NCBI GenBank assembly: GCA_964016885.1 | Contig: OZ024742.1 | Location: 170,562,001 to 170,626,000, forward strand | From: Eledone cirrhosa | Lineage: Eukaryota | Direction: 5' to 3' | Length of the DNA stretch: 64,000 bases | Part shown: positions 14,178 to 29,074 of the stretch, piece after piece | Numbering within the stretch: position 1 is the stretch's first letter | Layout of the letters: each line of letters begins with the position of its first letter | Made by a program: the position numbers and the translations under genes | The notes under the pieces: model-generated | Seen by the model: the letters and a program-made list of their open reading frames with translations, nothing else | Databases searched by the model: none | Told to the model about the DNA's origin: nothing

Positions 14178-14235
<58 letters not shown>

Positions 14236-14621
14236 GTGTATATGAAACATATATAAACATATATGATACGTGTACATACTATAAACATATGGGTAGACTC
14301 GCCGCCGAAGAAAAATAATTTTTCGTAACAAAACGAAAAATGTTAATTTTTCTCAATTTTCCTCTGTGGATATATTACAGAGTCGCCAGTATGTATTGAG
14401 AATGTCAGAGAGCGTGGTTTCAAGATTTGTTAATCTTACATCATTGACACTCACTGAAAATGTACTGGCATGAAATAGACTATTTTTTATATAGAATTTT
14501 GCATGATGAACACTTGCTGGAGATACTCATGAGTAACCTCTCTGCCGAGAAAAATATTTTTTCGTAACCAAACGAAAAAAATTTTATTTTTTATATATTT
14601 TTGGCCTATTCTTCTCTGTGA

Positions 14622-14706
<85 letters not shown>

Positions 14707-15366
14707 ACCATACATACAGCCAGGGGCCTCGTTTGCCTTAAAAATGTGAGGGAGTAAACCAACATTTGTTGATCCTTAAAGGAGCATAAATTGCTAATGG
14801 TGCCTTTCCTGGACTCTATCACACAAGTAAAATTTAACGCTAATTAAATTTTATATATTCAAATGAAGTTCAGATATAAAAAAATAAGCTGAAAAATAAT
14901 TTATTATATCAAATATAAAAAGAAAAAAAATATAGACGTTTGAAAAACTGGTGGTGGTGGTGGTGATGGTGGGGGCTTGTCTCTTGGTACCCCTCTGAAA
15001 CAAGGCCCTTGCATACAGCTAGACAAAATATAGAAGTCTAAGATGGACAAAGCTGAAACTGAGATTTTTCAGGGCATATGTAGAAAGTATTCTATTATAG
15101 AACTCAGAAACTTAGAACATGAAACCTAGAAATAGAAATAAATTTATTATATACTAAGCTATTGAGAAGATCTTTTAACACCAGCTAGAGATATACATAC
15201 AACCAACAGAGAGTTATACCAATGTTTGTCACGGCTGTCAGATACTATTTGGCAGAGGCGATTACGCCTTGCTGCCCATTGCTACAGAGCTGGGGACCAA
15301 CCGGTTTCTAAGCTTTTATTTTGGTCACCACCAGAATGGTAGGCGGCGCAAAGGGGATTGAAGATC

Positions 15367-15410
<44 letters not shown>

Positions 15411-15447
15411 GAAAATCCAGAGGCACGGTAAAATTCCAATCATTTAA

Positions 15448-15521
15448 TCACGACAAATGTTTCAATAAGAGATAGATCGATTGTGAAGCCATGATCGATT
15501 ATCACTGATCTCATCAGGTGA
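15448..15521 (-). ncRNA. Type I hammerhead ribozyme with extended stem II
   Basis: Reverse complement: tcac CTGATGA [~47 nt] GAAAC attt GTC gtga. Lies in the inverted-repeat insert ~15407-15650 next to (TA)n. Confidence 0.65.
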
Positions 15522-15794
15522 AAATGAATTGTCTTCAAATTCTTGATATGAGGGAGAAAAATAACGATGTTCTCTCACAGAATTCATTCCCTCATATCAA
15601 TGTCATGATTAAATGATTGGAATTTTACCTTGCCTTCGGATTTTCATTTTGATACTTATACTTATACGTTTTACATCATCTAGCTGTTCCCTTGAATGGA
15701 ATTGGAGATATACAAAAGCGTGGAGAACTTAATATTGCTAACATAAAGTTATTGGACCATTTTACAAAACCAATAATGCACCTTACTATATAAC

Positions 15795-15865
<71 letters not shown>

Positions 15866-15985
15866 CTTTCCTGATGATTTCCTTCGAATGAACCAGTTCT
15901 TGTCACGTAGAAGCCATTTCTATATTATATTTTGTTGTATATAATCTACTAATGTATTGAGTACCTTACTTACTGTGGATACCCC

Positions 15986-16172
<187 letters not shown>

Positions 16173-16447
16173 CCGCGGACACAATATGATGAATGTTATT
16201 AGTTTAATATTTAAATGAAAAAGGAAATAAAAACGAATCTTCGAAGTTTCGGAGGTGCGCCTTTTATCAGAAAAGTAATAATAGACTAAAGACCGAGAAG
16301 GGAGAGAAATACAAAGAAAAACGGAGGAAGAAAGAAAAACAAAAGAAAAAAAATGTATGTGTGTATGTATGTATGTATATGCGCATGTATACATGCATGT
16401 ATATATGAAAGTATATTGTATGTATGATTGTATCTATGTATGTATGC

Positions 16448-16490
<43 letters not shown>

Positions 16491-16491
<1 letters not shown>

Positions 16492-18198
16492 TTCCCTTGC
16501 TTTTATCGAGAATCTAATTGTAATACGTGACGTATTCTATTCTATAGCGATTAGGTCTTCAAAATGTTTATTATAAACATACAGAATATTTTCGAATATT
16601 CTATGTCTATATTCACATATATATCGCTATTTCAGAGCATTTATTCCAATTTCTAATTTCTGCCGGACCGGCAACCGCTCTTTCAAACCAGTTCCTGTAC
16701 ACAGCTAAGTATTCTATAAGTCTCTAGCTGTGTCATTCTCGATAAAAGCACTGGATATGTAGTCCTGATGATTTCTAACGAGAATGAAACGCGTAGATTA
16801 CTTCCCTTGCTTTTATCGAGAATCTAATTGTAATACGTGACGTATTCTATTCTATAGCGATTAGGTCTTCAAAATGTTTATTATAAACATACAGAATATT
16901 TTCGAATATTCTATGTCTATATTCACATATATATCGCTATTTCAGAGCATTTATTCCAATTTCTAATTTCTGCCGGACCGGCAACCGCTCTTTCAAACCA
17001 GTTCCTGTACACAGCTAAGTATTCTATAAGTCTCTAGCTGTGTCATTCTCGATAAAAGCACTGGATATGTAGTCCTGATGATTTCTAACGAGAATGAAAC
17101 GCGTAGATTACTTCCCTTGCTTTTATCGAGAATCTAATTGTAATACGTGACGTATTCTATTCTATAGCGATTAGGTCTTCAAAATGTTTATTATAAACAT
17201 ACAGAATATTTTCGAATATTCTATGTCTATATTCACATATATATCGCTATTTCAGAGCATTTATTCCAATTTCTAATTTCTGCCGGACCGGCAACCGCTC
17301 TTTCAAACCAGTTCCTGTACACAGCTAAGTATTCTATAAGTCTCTAGCTGTGTCATTCTCGATAAAAGCACTGGATATGTAGTCCTGATGATTTCTAACG
17401 AGAATGAAACGCGTAGATTACTTCCCTTGCTTTTATCGAGAATCTAATTGTAATACGTGACGTATTCTATTCTATAGCGATTAGGTCTTCAAAATGTTTA
17501 TTATAAACATACAGAATATTTTCGAATATTCTATGTCTATATTCACATATATATCGCTATTTCAGAGCATTTATTCCAATTTCTAATTTCTGCCGGACCG
17601 GCAACCGCTCTTTCAAACCAGTTCCTGTACACAGCTAAGTATTCTATAAGTCTCTAGCTGTGTCATTCTCGATAAAAGCACTGGATATGTAGTCCTGATG
17701 ATTTCTAACGAGAATGAAACGCGTAGATTACTTCCCTTGCTTTTATCGAGAATCTAATTGTAATACGTGACGTATTCTATTCTATAGCGATTAGGTCTTC
17801 AAAATGTTTATTATAAACATACAGAATATTTTCGAATATTCTATGTCTATATTCACATATATATCGCTATTTCAGAGCATTTATTCCAATTTCTAATTTC
17901 TGCCGGACCGGCAACCGCTCTTTCAAACCAGTTCCTGTACACAGCTAAGTATTCTATAAGTCTCTAGCTGTGTCATTCTCGATAAAAGCACTGGATATGT
18001 AGTCCTGATGATTTCTAACGAGAATGAAACGCGTAGATTACTTCCCTTGCTTTTATCGAGAATCTAATTGTAATACGTGACGTATTCTATTCTATAGCGA
18101 TTAGGTCTTCAAAATGTTTATTATAAACATACAGAATATTTTCGAATATTCTATGTCTATATTCACATATATATCGCTATTTCAGAGCATTTATTCCA

Positions 18199-18202
<4 letters not shown>
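16491..18202 (+). repeat. 310-bp tandem repeat, about 5.5 apparently identical copies, one hammerhead per unit (non-LTR retrozyme-like)
   Basis: CTTCCCTTGC recurs at 16491, 16801, 17111, 17421, 17731 and 18041. (TA)n lies on both flanks. No ORF. Confidence 0.95.
16759..16801 (+). ncRNA. Minimal type I hammerhead (first of five; others at 17069, 17379, 17689, 17999)
   Basis: gtagtc CTGATGA t ttct aacg agaa t GAAAC gc GTA gattac. Stem I is 6 bp with one G-U, stem II is 4 bp, and stem III is palindromic ACGCGT. Confidence 0.8.
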
Positions 18203-18236
<34 letters not shown>

Positions 18237-18243
<7 letters not shown>

Positions 18244-20290
18244 GAATATAAAATGAAAGTGCTTTTATAAAGGAATTTATTAGGTATTGACATATGTTTC
18301 TGTAACAGACGGAATACCTATGTATCGCTGCTTGCGTAATCATATAATGTTAGCAAGTATTCGATAGCAAATGTATAATCAGTTGTCACTTCTTCAGAGA
18401 TATTGGATAAATTGGAAAAATTCAGAAAAATTGAAGTATTTATATTAGTTGTAAGAAAGGATCCACCCTCTATAATTAAATCCATTCCTAGAAATATTTC
18501 CCTTAGAATCTCCCACCTGTCGTCCAACCAGCAAACCTTCAAAGAACATGCCGAATATTATGATGATGCACTTAGGAAGGCTGGACACCTAGATAATATA
18601 GAGTATATAGTCGACGATCACCAAAACACCAAAAATAAATCTCATAGAGGTAGAAATAGCATAGAATCACCACCATACATACACTACCGCAATAGACACA
18701 CTAATAGTCGCACACCACCAAACAGAAGGCGATGTAAAGAGTATATATGGTACAACCCGGTCTATAACAACTCTATTAAAACCAATCTACCCTCACAATT
18801 CTTTCGATTAGTTAAAAAACACTTTCCAACATCACATAAATATAATAAAATCTTAAACCCTAACACTATTCGACTTTCATATTCAACCGCCCCTAATATT
18901 GAACAACATATAAAAAAGCTTAACGCAAAACGGTTGTATAAACGCCTTCCAACACATAACAATACACGTAAAACATCGGCTATAACATCACAAAACAACA
19001 AACAACATCCCGTCCTGCCTAAGCAACCTCATCAACCCATCCATGCCAATACAACAACGCAAAATTATAACTGTAACTGTGTCCAACCAGGAATGTGTCC
19101 GTTGAACAATCAGTGTCTTGAACGCAACATCATATACAAATGTACTATCGAATCGGGTAGCCAGAAGTGGTACTATGTGGGGTCTACAACTACCTCCTTC
19201 AAATCTCGCCTTTATAGACATCGTTACTCGATAAAACATGAAAACCAGCGTTATGTAACAACACTCGCAGACAAGGCTTGGCAGCTGCGCGAAAATAACC
19301 AACAATTTAACCTAAAATGGGATAGGATATAATACCAACGGCCCCTGCATATCCAAGAACAGGAATTTTGTAAATTGTGTAATATGGAATTATTTTGAAT
19401 TATGAAATCCAAAAATATTTTATTAAATAACAGAATAGAGCGATCGTTATACTGTAACCATCGCTTGAAATCTACATTTTCATATTACAAATACTACCAG
19501 GATTGAACGCCTGTCTCCATCTCCGTTTGATTGTCAAAATACATATTAACATTCTCTATTAGTCTTAATTCTATCAACTCTTCTATTCTTTACCATTTAA
19601 TATAAACTGCTATAGATAAAATGAGATTTCTTAATACAATTCCCTAATGCATATACCAGCAGGCTACCAGCATTGTTGTTATACAGTAGCAGTGAAAATC
19701 TCCCTCTTCCTTAATTGACACTTTATATCTATTAATACTACTACACCAAACGACCAGCCCTGTCTATTGTTCAATTGGTCAAGTATAGATTAAAATAGGC
19801 ACTCCCAAAAATTCTTATTTAGATAAAATAAGCCATATACTCATTGTATTCTCATTAGAAACCTTCTATATATTTGTTTACCAGTAAATTGAATTGCCAT
19901 CTGTCATATACTATCCCTTCACTTCTTCCTTTCTTACAACTAATATAAATACTTCAATTTTTCTGATTTTTTCCAATTTATCCAATATCTCTGAAGAAGT
20001 GACAACTGATTATACATTTGCTATCGAATACTTGCTAACATTATATGATTACGCAAGCAGCGATACATAGGTATTCCGTCTGTTACAGAAACATATGTCA
20101 ATACCTGATAAATTCCTTTATAAAAGCACTTTCATTTTATATTCATCTTTTCTACATTTTCTCCGGAATATAATTTATACTCGTTGAGCAAACCTACACG
20201 TACGCTGTTCATCTCTAACGTGACGATATATTATCACTACATTATTGATAACTTGAAATTTTTATATATATATATATTCTTTGGACTTAC
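18237..20290 (+). mobile_element. 5'-truncated Penelope-like element with inverted pLTR at its 5' end
   Basis: ORF 18403-19332 encodes RT thumb/linker (IWYNPVYNNSIKTN, IRLSYS), CNC..CPL..CL and GIY-YIG (IIYKC...YYVGST...RLYRH), continuing disrupted to ~19506 (CKLC). 18237-18461 is an inverted copy of ~19927-20150. (TA)n flanks. Confidence 0.9.
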
Positions 20291-20397
<107 letters not shown>

Positions 20398-20716
20398 TAA
20401 AGAACAAGGATGCATCATATCACATTTATTAACATATTACATATGTTTCTCTATCGATCAGCTCGAGGCAAGATCTATTATAGATCGAACCCGAGTGTTC
20501 AACCGGCATGCCGCCTATGGATGCATTTACCTTGCAACCCTACAACTGAGCTCCGGCCGTTTCGACAGCTAGATCCGAACTCGAATCTAGCTGTCGAAAC
20601 GGCCAGAGGTCAGCCGTCGGGGTCCTGACCTTTTTCCTATTACCCACTCTACTACCCTAAGTATTGAGCAATTTGGTGCGTTATAGTCCACCTGGTATCT
20701 TACCACACCCTCTTTG

Positions 20717-20770
<54 letters not shown>

Positions 20771-20790
20771 ATTTTTATTTTATAGAAGGA

Positions 20791-20894
20791 GCTTCTACAG
20801 GACTAGTACTGTTTCATTCAGATGAAATCTTCAGGAAGCCCCTGCGTTTCCTGAAGATTTCATCTGAATGAAACAGTACTAGTCCTGTAGAAGC
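20791..20894. ncRNA. Back-to-back hammerhead pair (family A): 20791-20839 minus, 20846-20894 plus
   Basis: g(c/t)ttc CTGAAGA tttcatctgaat GAAAC agtactagtcct GTA gaagc on both strands, within the insert ~20760-20982. Confidence 0.8.
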
Positions 20895-20981
20895 TTCTTC
20901 TATAAAATAAAAAAATTTTACTCTGCCATGTATTGAGTACCTTACTTACTGTGGTTATCCCCGACTCAACCTGGGACCTAC

Positions 20982-21017
<36 letters not shown>

Positions 21018-21565
21018 GTTGTTGTTGTTGTTACAGCTCACACCTATGCAGGTTTAGCTGGCTTCCTCCAAGGTATATCTCGTTGAGGTGTCTTGGGTGA
21101 TTTAATGATAGGGATATATTTTTCAACAGAGTCCCTGGAAAGAAACAATGCATCTATTGATGAGAACAGTGTGAACATAATGCATGCAGGATTTCACAGT
21201 CTAGCACCATTCCTTCATAGTGAGGCTATGTACTTTCAGCCGACCTAGTATATTTAATGCTTGTGTGAAAGAGTGTATGATGTCGAGAACATTGGCTGTG
21301 TGAGCTAATCTGTGGTGCAGGGGTGAATTTTCATTTGGGGGTCAACGACTGCATTTAGTAAGGGTATGTATGGGTGGATGCGTGTGAAAGTGTGTGTGCA
21401 TGTGTGTGAGGGTGTGTTTGTGCGGCTGTATATTTGTGTGAATGTGTATGTGTGTACGTATGTGTGTGTATATGTGTATGTGTGTGTATATCCGAGTGTG
21501 GGTTAGTATTTATGTGTATGTGAATGTCAATGTGTGTGTATGTGCATGTTTGTCTGTCTGCCTGC

Positions 21566-21597
<32 letters not shown>

Positions 21598-21601
21598 ATG
21601 T

Positions 21602-22148
21602 ATCGTTGGCGACTAAACTGGCAACCCCACCAAGGTTTCTTGGTGAGGAGGGTGACTTTGGACATCCTGCAGGACTAAAAACAAAACCTGTCAAAAGGCA
21701 AAGGAGCTCTTAAGAGTCAATGGCCATCCAAAATCACCGGGAGAGATGACCCCTTAACCTTTGTCAAGGCAGAATTCTAGGAGAAGGAAAACTCTGATAT
21801 CACACCTGCAACCCTGATGGTATCCAATGATGTTGACTTGTTCTTCTTTTTGGTAAATATCATCTTGGTTAAGAGAGTGGGACTGGCTTTGTGCAGTGCC
21901 TTTGCTCACTATAAAAGCTTCACGGCACAGGCATTGCTTTATATCTGGAGATCTCTCTGCACTTGTCATCACATGGTACCATGGGCCCAGCACTAAGTGT
22001 CAGTAATTGTCACAAGTGTAGTGTTTGTACCAGAGTTTTCAAGTCGCTGGCTGGACTAAAAAGTCACACTCGTTCAGCGCATCGGTAGGGGTTCTCCTAC
22101 ATGGATATAAAGTAGTGGCCGTACTCGAAAACGAGTTGGCAGCCACCA
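21602..22148 (+). mobile_element. Non-coding repeat between (TATG)n tracts resembling an RTE 5' UTR (near-identical copy 51890-52300; related ~51480-51800, ~59450-60075)
   Basis: Shared CTAGGAGAAGGAAAACTC and GAGAGTGGGACTGGC motifs; CTCTTAAGAGTCAA also occurs upstream of the RTE EN at ~42123. Confidence 0.55.
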
Positions 22149-22746
22149 TGTATGTATGTATGTATGTATGTATGTATGTATGTATGTATGTATGTATGTA
22201 TGTATGTATGTATGTATGTATGTATGTATGTAGGTAGGTATGTATGTATATAGGTGTCTATGAGTGTGCATGCGTATGATTGTTTGTTTATGTCTGTATG
22301 TGTGTATGCTTGTTTGCGTATGTATGTATGTATGTATGTATGTGTGTATGTATTTATGTAGGTGTCTATGTGTGTGCTTGTGTATGCTCGTGTGTGTATG
22401 TCTGTAAGTATATGTGTGTATCTGATTACGAACTGAAACGTTTAACGTATCACTAATCAGTGGTGTCATCCATGGCAGAAACATTTAGAGTAGTGAGGAA
22501 TAAGAAATGAATGACTTTAGTCTGGAGACATGTGTGTTGTATGAGGAACATTTCTGCGTGAGGGATGTTTTTATTTGTTTCACCGTATTTTTCTTTTAAT
22601 GCAGTTGGTGCTTGCGTGGGTGTATGCATGTTAGGACAACAGAGATGTTACTGTTCAGAAGACGGATCTAGATCAATGTTGGTTTATCAATCAGGTTTTG
22701 TAGTTGTTAGCTATGAGTTAATGGAACTATGAATAGGTATATATAT

Positions 22747-23043
22747 AAAATAATTAAGTCAAATATGTAAAATTTGGCTTCGTTTATTATAAATTATAGA
22801 TATACTGCTATATATATTTCGGTGACAGCCATCATTGGCTGTGACCTCTTCAGGCCAATGATGGCTGTCACCGAAATATATATAGCAGTATATCTATAAT
22901 TTATAATAAACGAAGCCAAATTTTACATATTTGACTTAATTATTTTACATTACTCCGGAGTAAACAAACCAACCTGTGTACTTCGTCGAGTGCTCCAATC
23001 TGCATACTGAGCTGTCGGTGAAAAACCAACATATACTCAAAAT
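22747..23043. mobile_element. Fold-back PLE-type insert centred on a hammerhead core
   Basis: Near-perfect ~93-bp arms. Minus strand reads CTGAAGA ggtcacagccaatgatggctgtcacc GAAATATATATA gcag; stem I is cut by the inversion. Confidence 0.6.
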
Positions 23044-23119
23044 TTATATATATATATAACTAAAGATTAATATGGTTCGTTGATTAATCAACGAATACAA
23101 TTTTACAATAGAATAGATT

Positions 23120-23191
<72 letters not shown>

Positions 23192-23395
23192 AAAGGAAAT
23201 GTGGTAAGGAACCAGATGGACCATAACGCACCGAAGTACTCAATACTTAGGGTAGTAGAGTGGGTAATAGGAACGAGTAGGACCCCGACGGCTGAGCTCA
23301 AGCCGTTTCGACAGCTAATTCTGGACTAGTCCAGATTTTAGTCCAGAATTAGCCGTCGAAACGGCTTGAGCTCAGCCGTCGGCGTCCTACTCGTT

Positions 23396-23474
<79 letters not shown>

Positions 23475-23627
23475 ACATATATATATAACGAAGGAAGTGT
23501 GGTAAGGAACCAGGTGGACCATAACGTACCAGAGTACTCGATACTAAACTAGGGTAGAAGAGTGGGTAGTAGAGTTCGGATATAGCGGTCAAAACGGCTG
23601 GAGCTCAGCCGTCGGGGTCCTGACTCT

Positions 23628-23666
<39 letters not shown>

Positions 23667-25039
23667 CTTTGGGAGGGTCATATTGTTATAATATTGCAAA
23701 ACAAATATATATATATATATATATAGGGCGGTGCCCCAGCATGGCCTCAGCCGGATGGCTGAAACAGGTAAAAGAGTAAAAGAGTATATATGCAGAAAGT
23801 TCATCCCACACGCCCCCGCCGCAGCCCGGATGCTACCGGGGGGTGCTACAGATGGACAATGTAACGGGCTTTCTGACGGGAGACCTCTTGATGGGGGATA
23901 TGTGGAGGGACCCGCTCGACCACTATGGCCCGGCCTAAAATCCAAAGAGGGATCGATAAGGATAAATATATATCAAATATATAAGAACCCTAGAGCAAAT
24001 ATTTATTAAAATAACAGATTAAAGTTTAAGCAAAGAATCGCTGCTTTCACCCTTAACGGGATCTTCTGTTGTTATTTTAATATATATATATCACAAAATA
24101 TAGATCGAATTAAATTATATCAATCTAATTATACCATAAAAAGCTCAATAAATATTAAGGGCTAAAATCAAAATTTTCAGAGCACAATTTATACAATATT
24201 ATTGAGGTATAATAATATTTATATTTAGTAAAACAAAGAATAACAAAATGGTTAATCAGTAAATTATTAAGACAATTCGTCCTCATTAGTAAGCATTGGT
24301 GGATTGGCAGTATTGGTAGAAGGTCGGACGCCATGTTTTGCAGCAAAGAGTTACGGCCCTTTATGGTCTGAGTTCAAATCCCACCGAGGTTAACTTTGCC
24401 TTTCATCCTTACGGGGTCGATAAAATAAAGTACCAGTAATGCACTGGGATAATTGCTGGCCTTGTGCCAAAAATAGAAACAATTATTTTACAGATAAATA
24501 AGCCTATGCAAGGGAATTCGAATATGCCTGTATGTAGCTGTCTGTATGTATATATGTGTGCCTGTGTCTGTGTTTATGCTCCGTAACCCGTTCGACAAAA
24601 AGAGATCCACAAAAATGTACGAAACCCGAAAAAAAAACCAAAACTGTATAGTGCACTCAATATAATTAACTTATTTCTTTTCAAGTCGATGCTTCAGCAT
24701 GGCCGCAATTTAATGACAGAAACCAATCAAAGAATAAAATGATAGAAAGAAATAGATAGAAATTCTTTATGAACATTAGTGAGAAACTTTACGATGGACA
24801 TTTATTTTGCAATATTTAAAATAATTGTAAATATGTGAGATGTTGTACATTGTAAATTTGTCTTCGAGATAACCATTTCTTAATGCAATATAGTTTATCT
24901 GAAGCCTTGTGAAATATGTTGTTATGGTTGTTTGGTAAAAGCCAGAACAATGCAAACTAGAAATACAAAGGCGAAAAAATATGTTCTAACTCCCAAGAGA
25001 CAATATTAATTAATATAGTAAGATCTCTCGTTATATCAG

Positions 25040-25161
25040 TCTGCACATGTCACCATCCCTCTGGGACGATATCTACTCAGAAGAGCCCAAACCCATCAGC
25101 ACCATCAAATCTAATTTAGTTTCTTTTATAAAAAAAAGTGTCTTAACTCCGATATATATAG
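25040..25161 (+). CDS. Candidate internal exon (C-LHMSPSLWDDIYSEEPKPISTIKSNLVSFIKKSVLTPIYI)
   Basis: Acceptor TCTCTCGTTATATCAG|, donor AG|GTAATG, open frame. Phase 2 in (TG+T=Cys) and phase 1 out match both neighbouring candidate exons. Confidence 0.5.
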
Positions 25162-27624
25162 GTAATGCTCATCAATGGTGTAAATAAATACCTTTCGTTA
25201 ACAATATGCGCGTATTACATGAAGCCGATTGGTTATTATGATTATATTACCACCCCTCGGTTCCAATGTCTGCGCTGTAGAGGAACTCTACTCACTAACA
25301 CTATCACATGTCATTTAAATGGGGGTATTACCCCGAAATATCATGAAATATGCAGTTAAAGTGTAAACTGTTGTTTAGATGTCCTTACTTTACTGTAGCT
25401 TTCTCACTCGTATTTCTAATTTGCATAGTACCATATTTTCATGGACTGGACTTGATCTTTGCTCTTTGAACTCTGCTGCTGGTGATCGAACTTTGTTGAA
25501 AGAGATATCACATGTTGATGCGCAGTCTGCAACTGGCGGGGTTTAGCGTCACAAGAAAGAAAGAGAATATTTTCTAAAGAAGTTCTAACTACATTTGTTA
25601 GTCTTGCTCTTAGTTTTTATTATATGGCTTTCATTTACCTCAGCAAAATTGTTCTCGTTTTTAAGAACTACCAAACGTAGTGGCATATATTTTCTAGCAC
25701 AATGCGCAGTTTTCGTCTAGTCTTCTCTAGAAGAGATGAATAAAAGTAAAGACATGGAGTCACATGATTAGGGTGTTGGGCTTATGATTGCAATGTTGTG
25801 TGTTCAATTCTTGGGTCGTGTGGGGCATTGTGTTCTTGGGGAATTACTTTATTTTACGTTGCTCCGGTTAATTCAGCTGAAAATAAATACCACCAGCATC
25901 ACCAGCAGCAGGAAACAATGTTTGTGAAGAAGTAAAGAAACCACCCAAAAGTTGAATGTCTCATTTCAAAGGTGACTCAGTGTTATCAATAGAGTATATG
26001 TACATGCGTTTAGACGAGGTGTCTCAAACATGTAGCTTACAGGCCACATGCAGCCCCCAAACTACTATTCTACGGCCCACGGCAGAACAATTTTCTTGGC
26101 CAATATTTTTCTTAAACTTGCTAATTGTCTCATATAAAAAATATTTATAGTACAATTTACTACAATTTACATACAAAATACAATAAAATGGAAAAATCAG
26201 AATCTATCAAAAGTGAAGATGGAAAGAAGGGTATTTACCAAAAGTTAAAATGAAATTAAGGAAAATTTGAAACTGAAAATTTGTCACCCTACATTTTGTA
26301 CTAATTTAAATGTCTCACTTACTATCATATGCATATTCATTTTGATGAAAAAATAAATAGCAGCTTATCAGCTGTATTGCAGGTAAGCATTTTAACTGGT
26401 GGAAATCAAGCGCCTGCCCAATTCACGTTTGGTTCACTGATCCTCATCCCTCAGTCATAATGGCCATTTTGAGACCTGGAATTTGAGACCCCTGGTTAAA
26501 ACCAGTATAACTTCAGCGACTCCATCATGCATTACACTCATATATCAACCAGGGAGATATTAACCAAATGGTCGAGTCCCTAGAGTATCAGGTATTTCGG
26601 GACCTCTCTGGTAATTCAATCTTTTATTCCACTACAGAAAAAAATAAGGGTCCTTAGTCCTTGCGGCGCCCCTAGACTCCCAGTTTAGTCAGTCCTATGT
26701 ATAATACAGCTCTCCCTGGTATTAATGTAGAATTCTCATATGGTATTCACCATGCCGTGCGACGTGGTCAAAGTAGAGAAGTCTTTAAAGAAGATACATA
26801 CATTCAGGAAGTACTTACACATTCGTCCTTCTACTTAAGTAGGACTCTGGTTTTTACTGAGAGATGAGCAAATTCGTGCGCTAAACTACAATGCTAGACT
26901 CATTATCAGATTATATGTTAACACATTAAGCACTACATTTTAAAACCATAGATGCTAGTTACGTATATATAATATATACCAAATGACAACACATAAATCA
27001 GTATTTGAATATCAAAATAATGGTTTCTTATATAGGCACAAGGACAGCAATTTTGGGGGAGGGGAAAGTCAATTAAATCGACCCCAGTGCGTGACTGGTA
27101 CTTTATTTTATCGAGCCCGTAAGGATGAAAGGCAAAGTTAACCTTGGCGGGGTTGAACTTAGATAATAAAGGACCGTAACTCTTTGCTGTAAAGCATGGT
27201 GTCTGACTCTCTACCGATACTGCCAATCCACCGCCATTTGAATATCAAAATAATGGTAAATGCTGACGTAATGATATTATTCCTGCATGAAATGTGCGGA
27301 AGAAGACAATGGAATGGAGGAAAAAATAGAGCACTGAATTTAAGGATTTCAGATATTAATGATTCATCTGTTCTGAGTTCTCGGTTTGATTCTCATATTG
27401 TCGACTTTGCTCTTTAAACTATCAGGATCAATAAAATAAGCACGTGTAATGTGTTTGAGTCTATTCAATCGATCATTACTATTGCACAGAGATTTGTGAC
27501 TTTATAGCAACAACTTGCTCGTGTGTTCAGTAGAACGGATAAATATTCCCCCAATATACTGAGGTTTCAATTTTTAAGTGGGCTATCTTCATTTCATTTA
27601 CTTTAGTAGCACACACACTCACTC

Positions 27625-27684
<60 letters not shown>

Positions 27685-27777
27685 TCAGAAACCTATATTT
27701 TAATGTCTTAAACTAATATACCATTATTGTATTGTATTATCTAGTACTATTTTTTCATATTTTTACTTGTCATGCAG

Positions 27778-27876
<99 letters not shown>

Positions 27877-28832
27877 CTGTATATATACATATATATATAC
27901 ATACGCATACAGTATCTTACTCACACACTTGCATACATATTTACAAATGTTTGGAAGTTGTTTGACTCAAACAAAAAAAGCCTTGTCACTTTATTGGTGA
28001 CCGGATTGAATTCTAAAATGGGTTTGATTCCTAAAAAAGATACGTCCATCAAAATTCATCCATACATGCATACATACATACACATATATATATATATGTA
28101 TGCACTAATATACACTTATATAAATGCACTCACACATATTTACATACATACATACATACACACATCCATATATACATGCATACGCATATATACACATACA
28201 TGCATGCATACATACATACATACATATACATACATATAAATACATACATACATACATACATACATACATACATACACAAATGTACATACATATACATACA
28301 CACATACATACATACATACATACACATATACATACATACACACACACATACACACATACATACATACGTACGTACGTACATACAAACGTACATACATACA
28401 TAAAACTCCTTGTTAAAATACTAAACATCTAGCACCATATAGGAAATGGCGATATGATACGCCTGAGAACGAAAAGTGTGACATGTCAAAAGCTGGAATG
28501 AATCAGGTCATAATTGTTGAAATTACAGTTAAATGTTTACTTCTTTTGGTTGGTGCTTTTATCACACATTGTAATCTATCTTATAGATGGTTTAGTCCTC
28601 GTCTAAACAACCATAACGCCAGTAGTCAACAAATGGTTAGTAATTAAAATTACTCCCATAACGAGGAGAAAGAATCGTGAGATAGACAATTAACCCAGCT
28701 TAATAAAAGAAGGGTAAATAAACCCGAAATTTTAATTAACGTTACACACATAGTGAAGAAAAAGCTTTGTTAGCCATATAATCAACGTAACTTAAGAAAC
28801 AGAGAAAAATTAACCTGAAATTGTAACTGTAA

Positions 28833-29028
28833 CTAGACCACCCGGGACCCGTTGGGTCACGTTCACTTCAAAATATTTTCAAAATAAATCATGTTCACTT
28901 AAAAATTATTTTTAGATAATTAAAATATACACATACATGTATATAATGTGAAATGAAACTGGAAGGCGCATATATATATACGTGTGTGTATGTATATATA
29001 TATATATATATAAATGTATATATATGTA

Positions 29029-29074
<46 letters not shown>

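Noticed and set aside
18403-19332. Intact host endonuclease gene
   Set aside because: The N-terminus comes from the inverted pLTR, the RT core is missing and the C-terminus is disrupted, so it is a TE remnant.
25639-25725. Minus-strand exon with good splice signals
   Set aside because: There are stops in all three frames.
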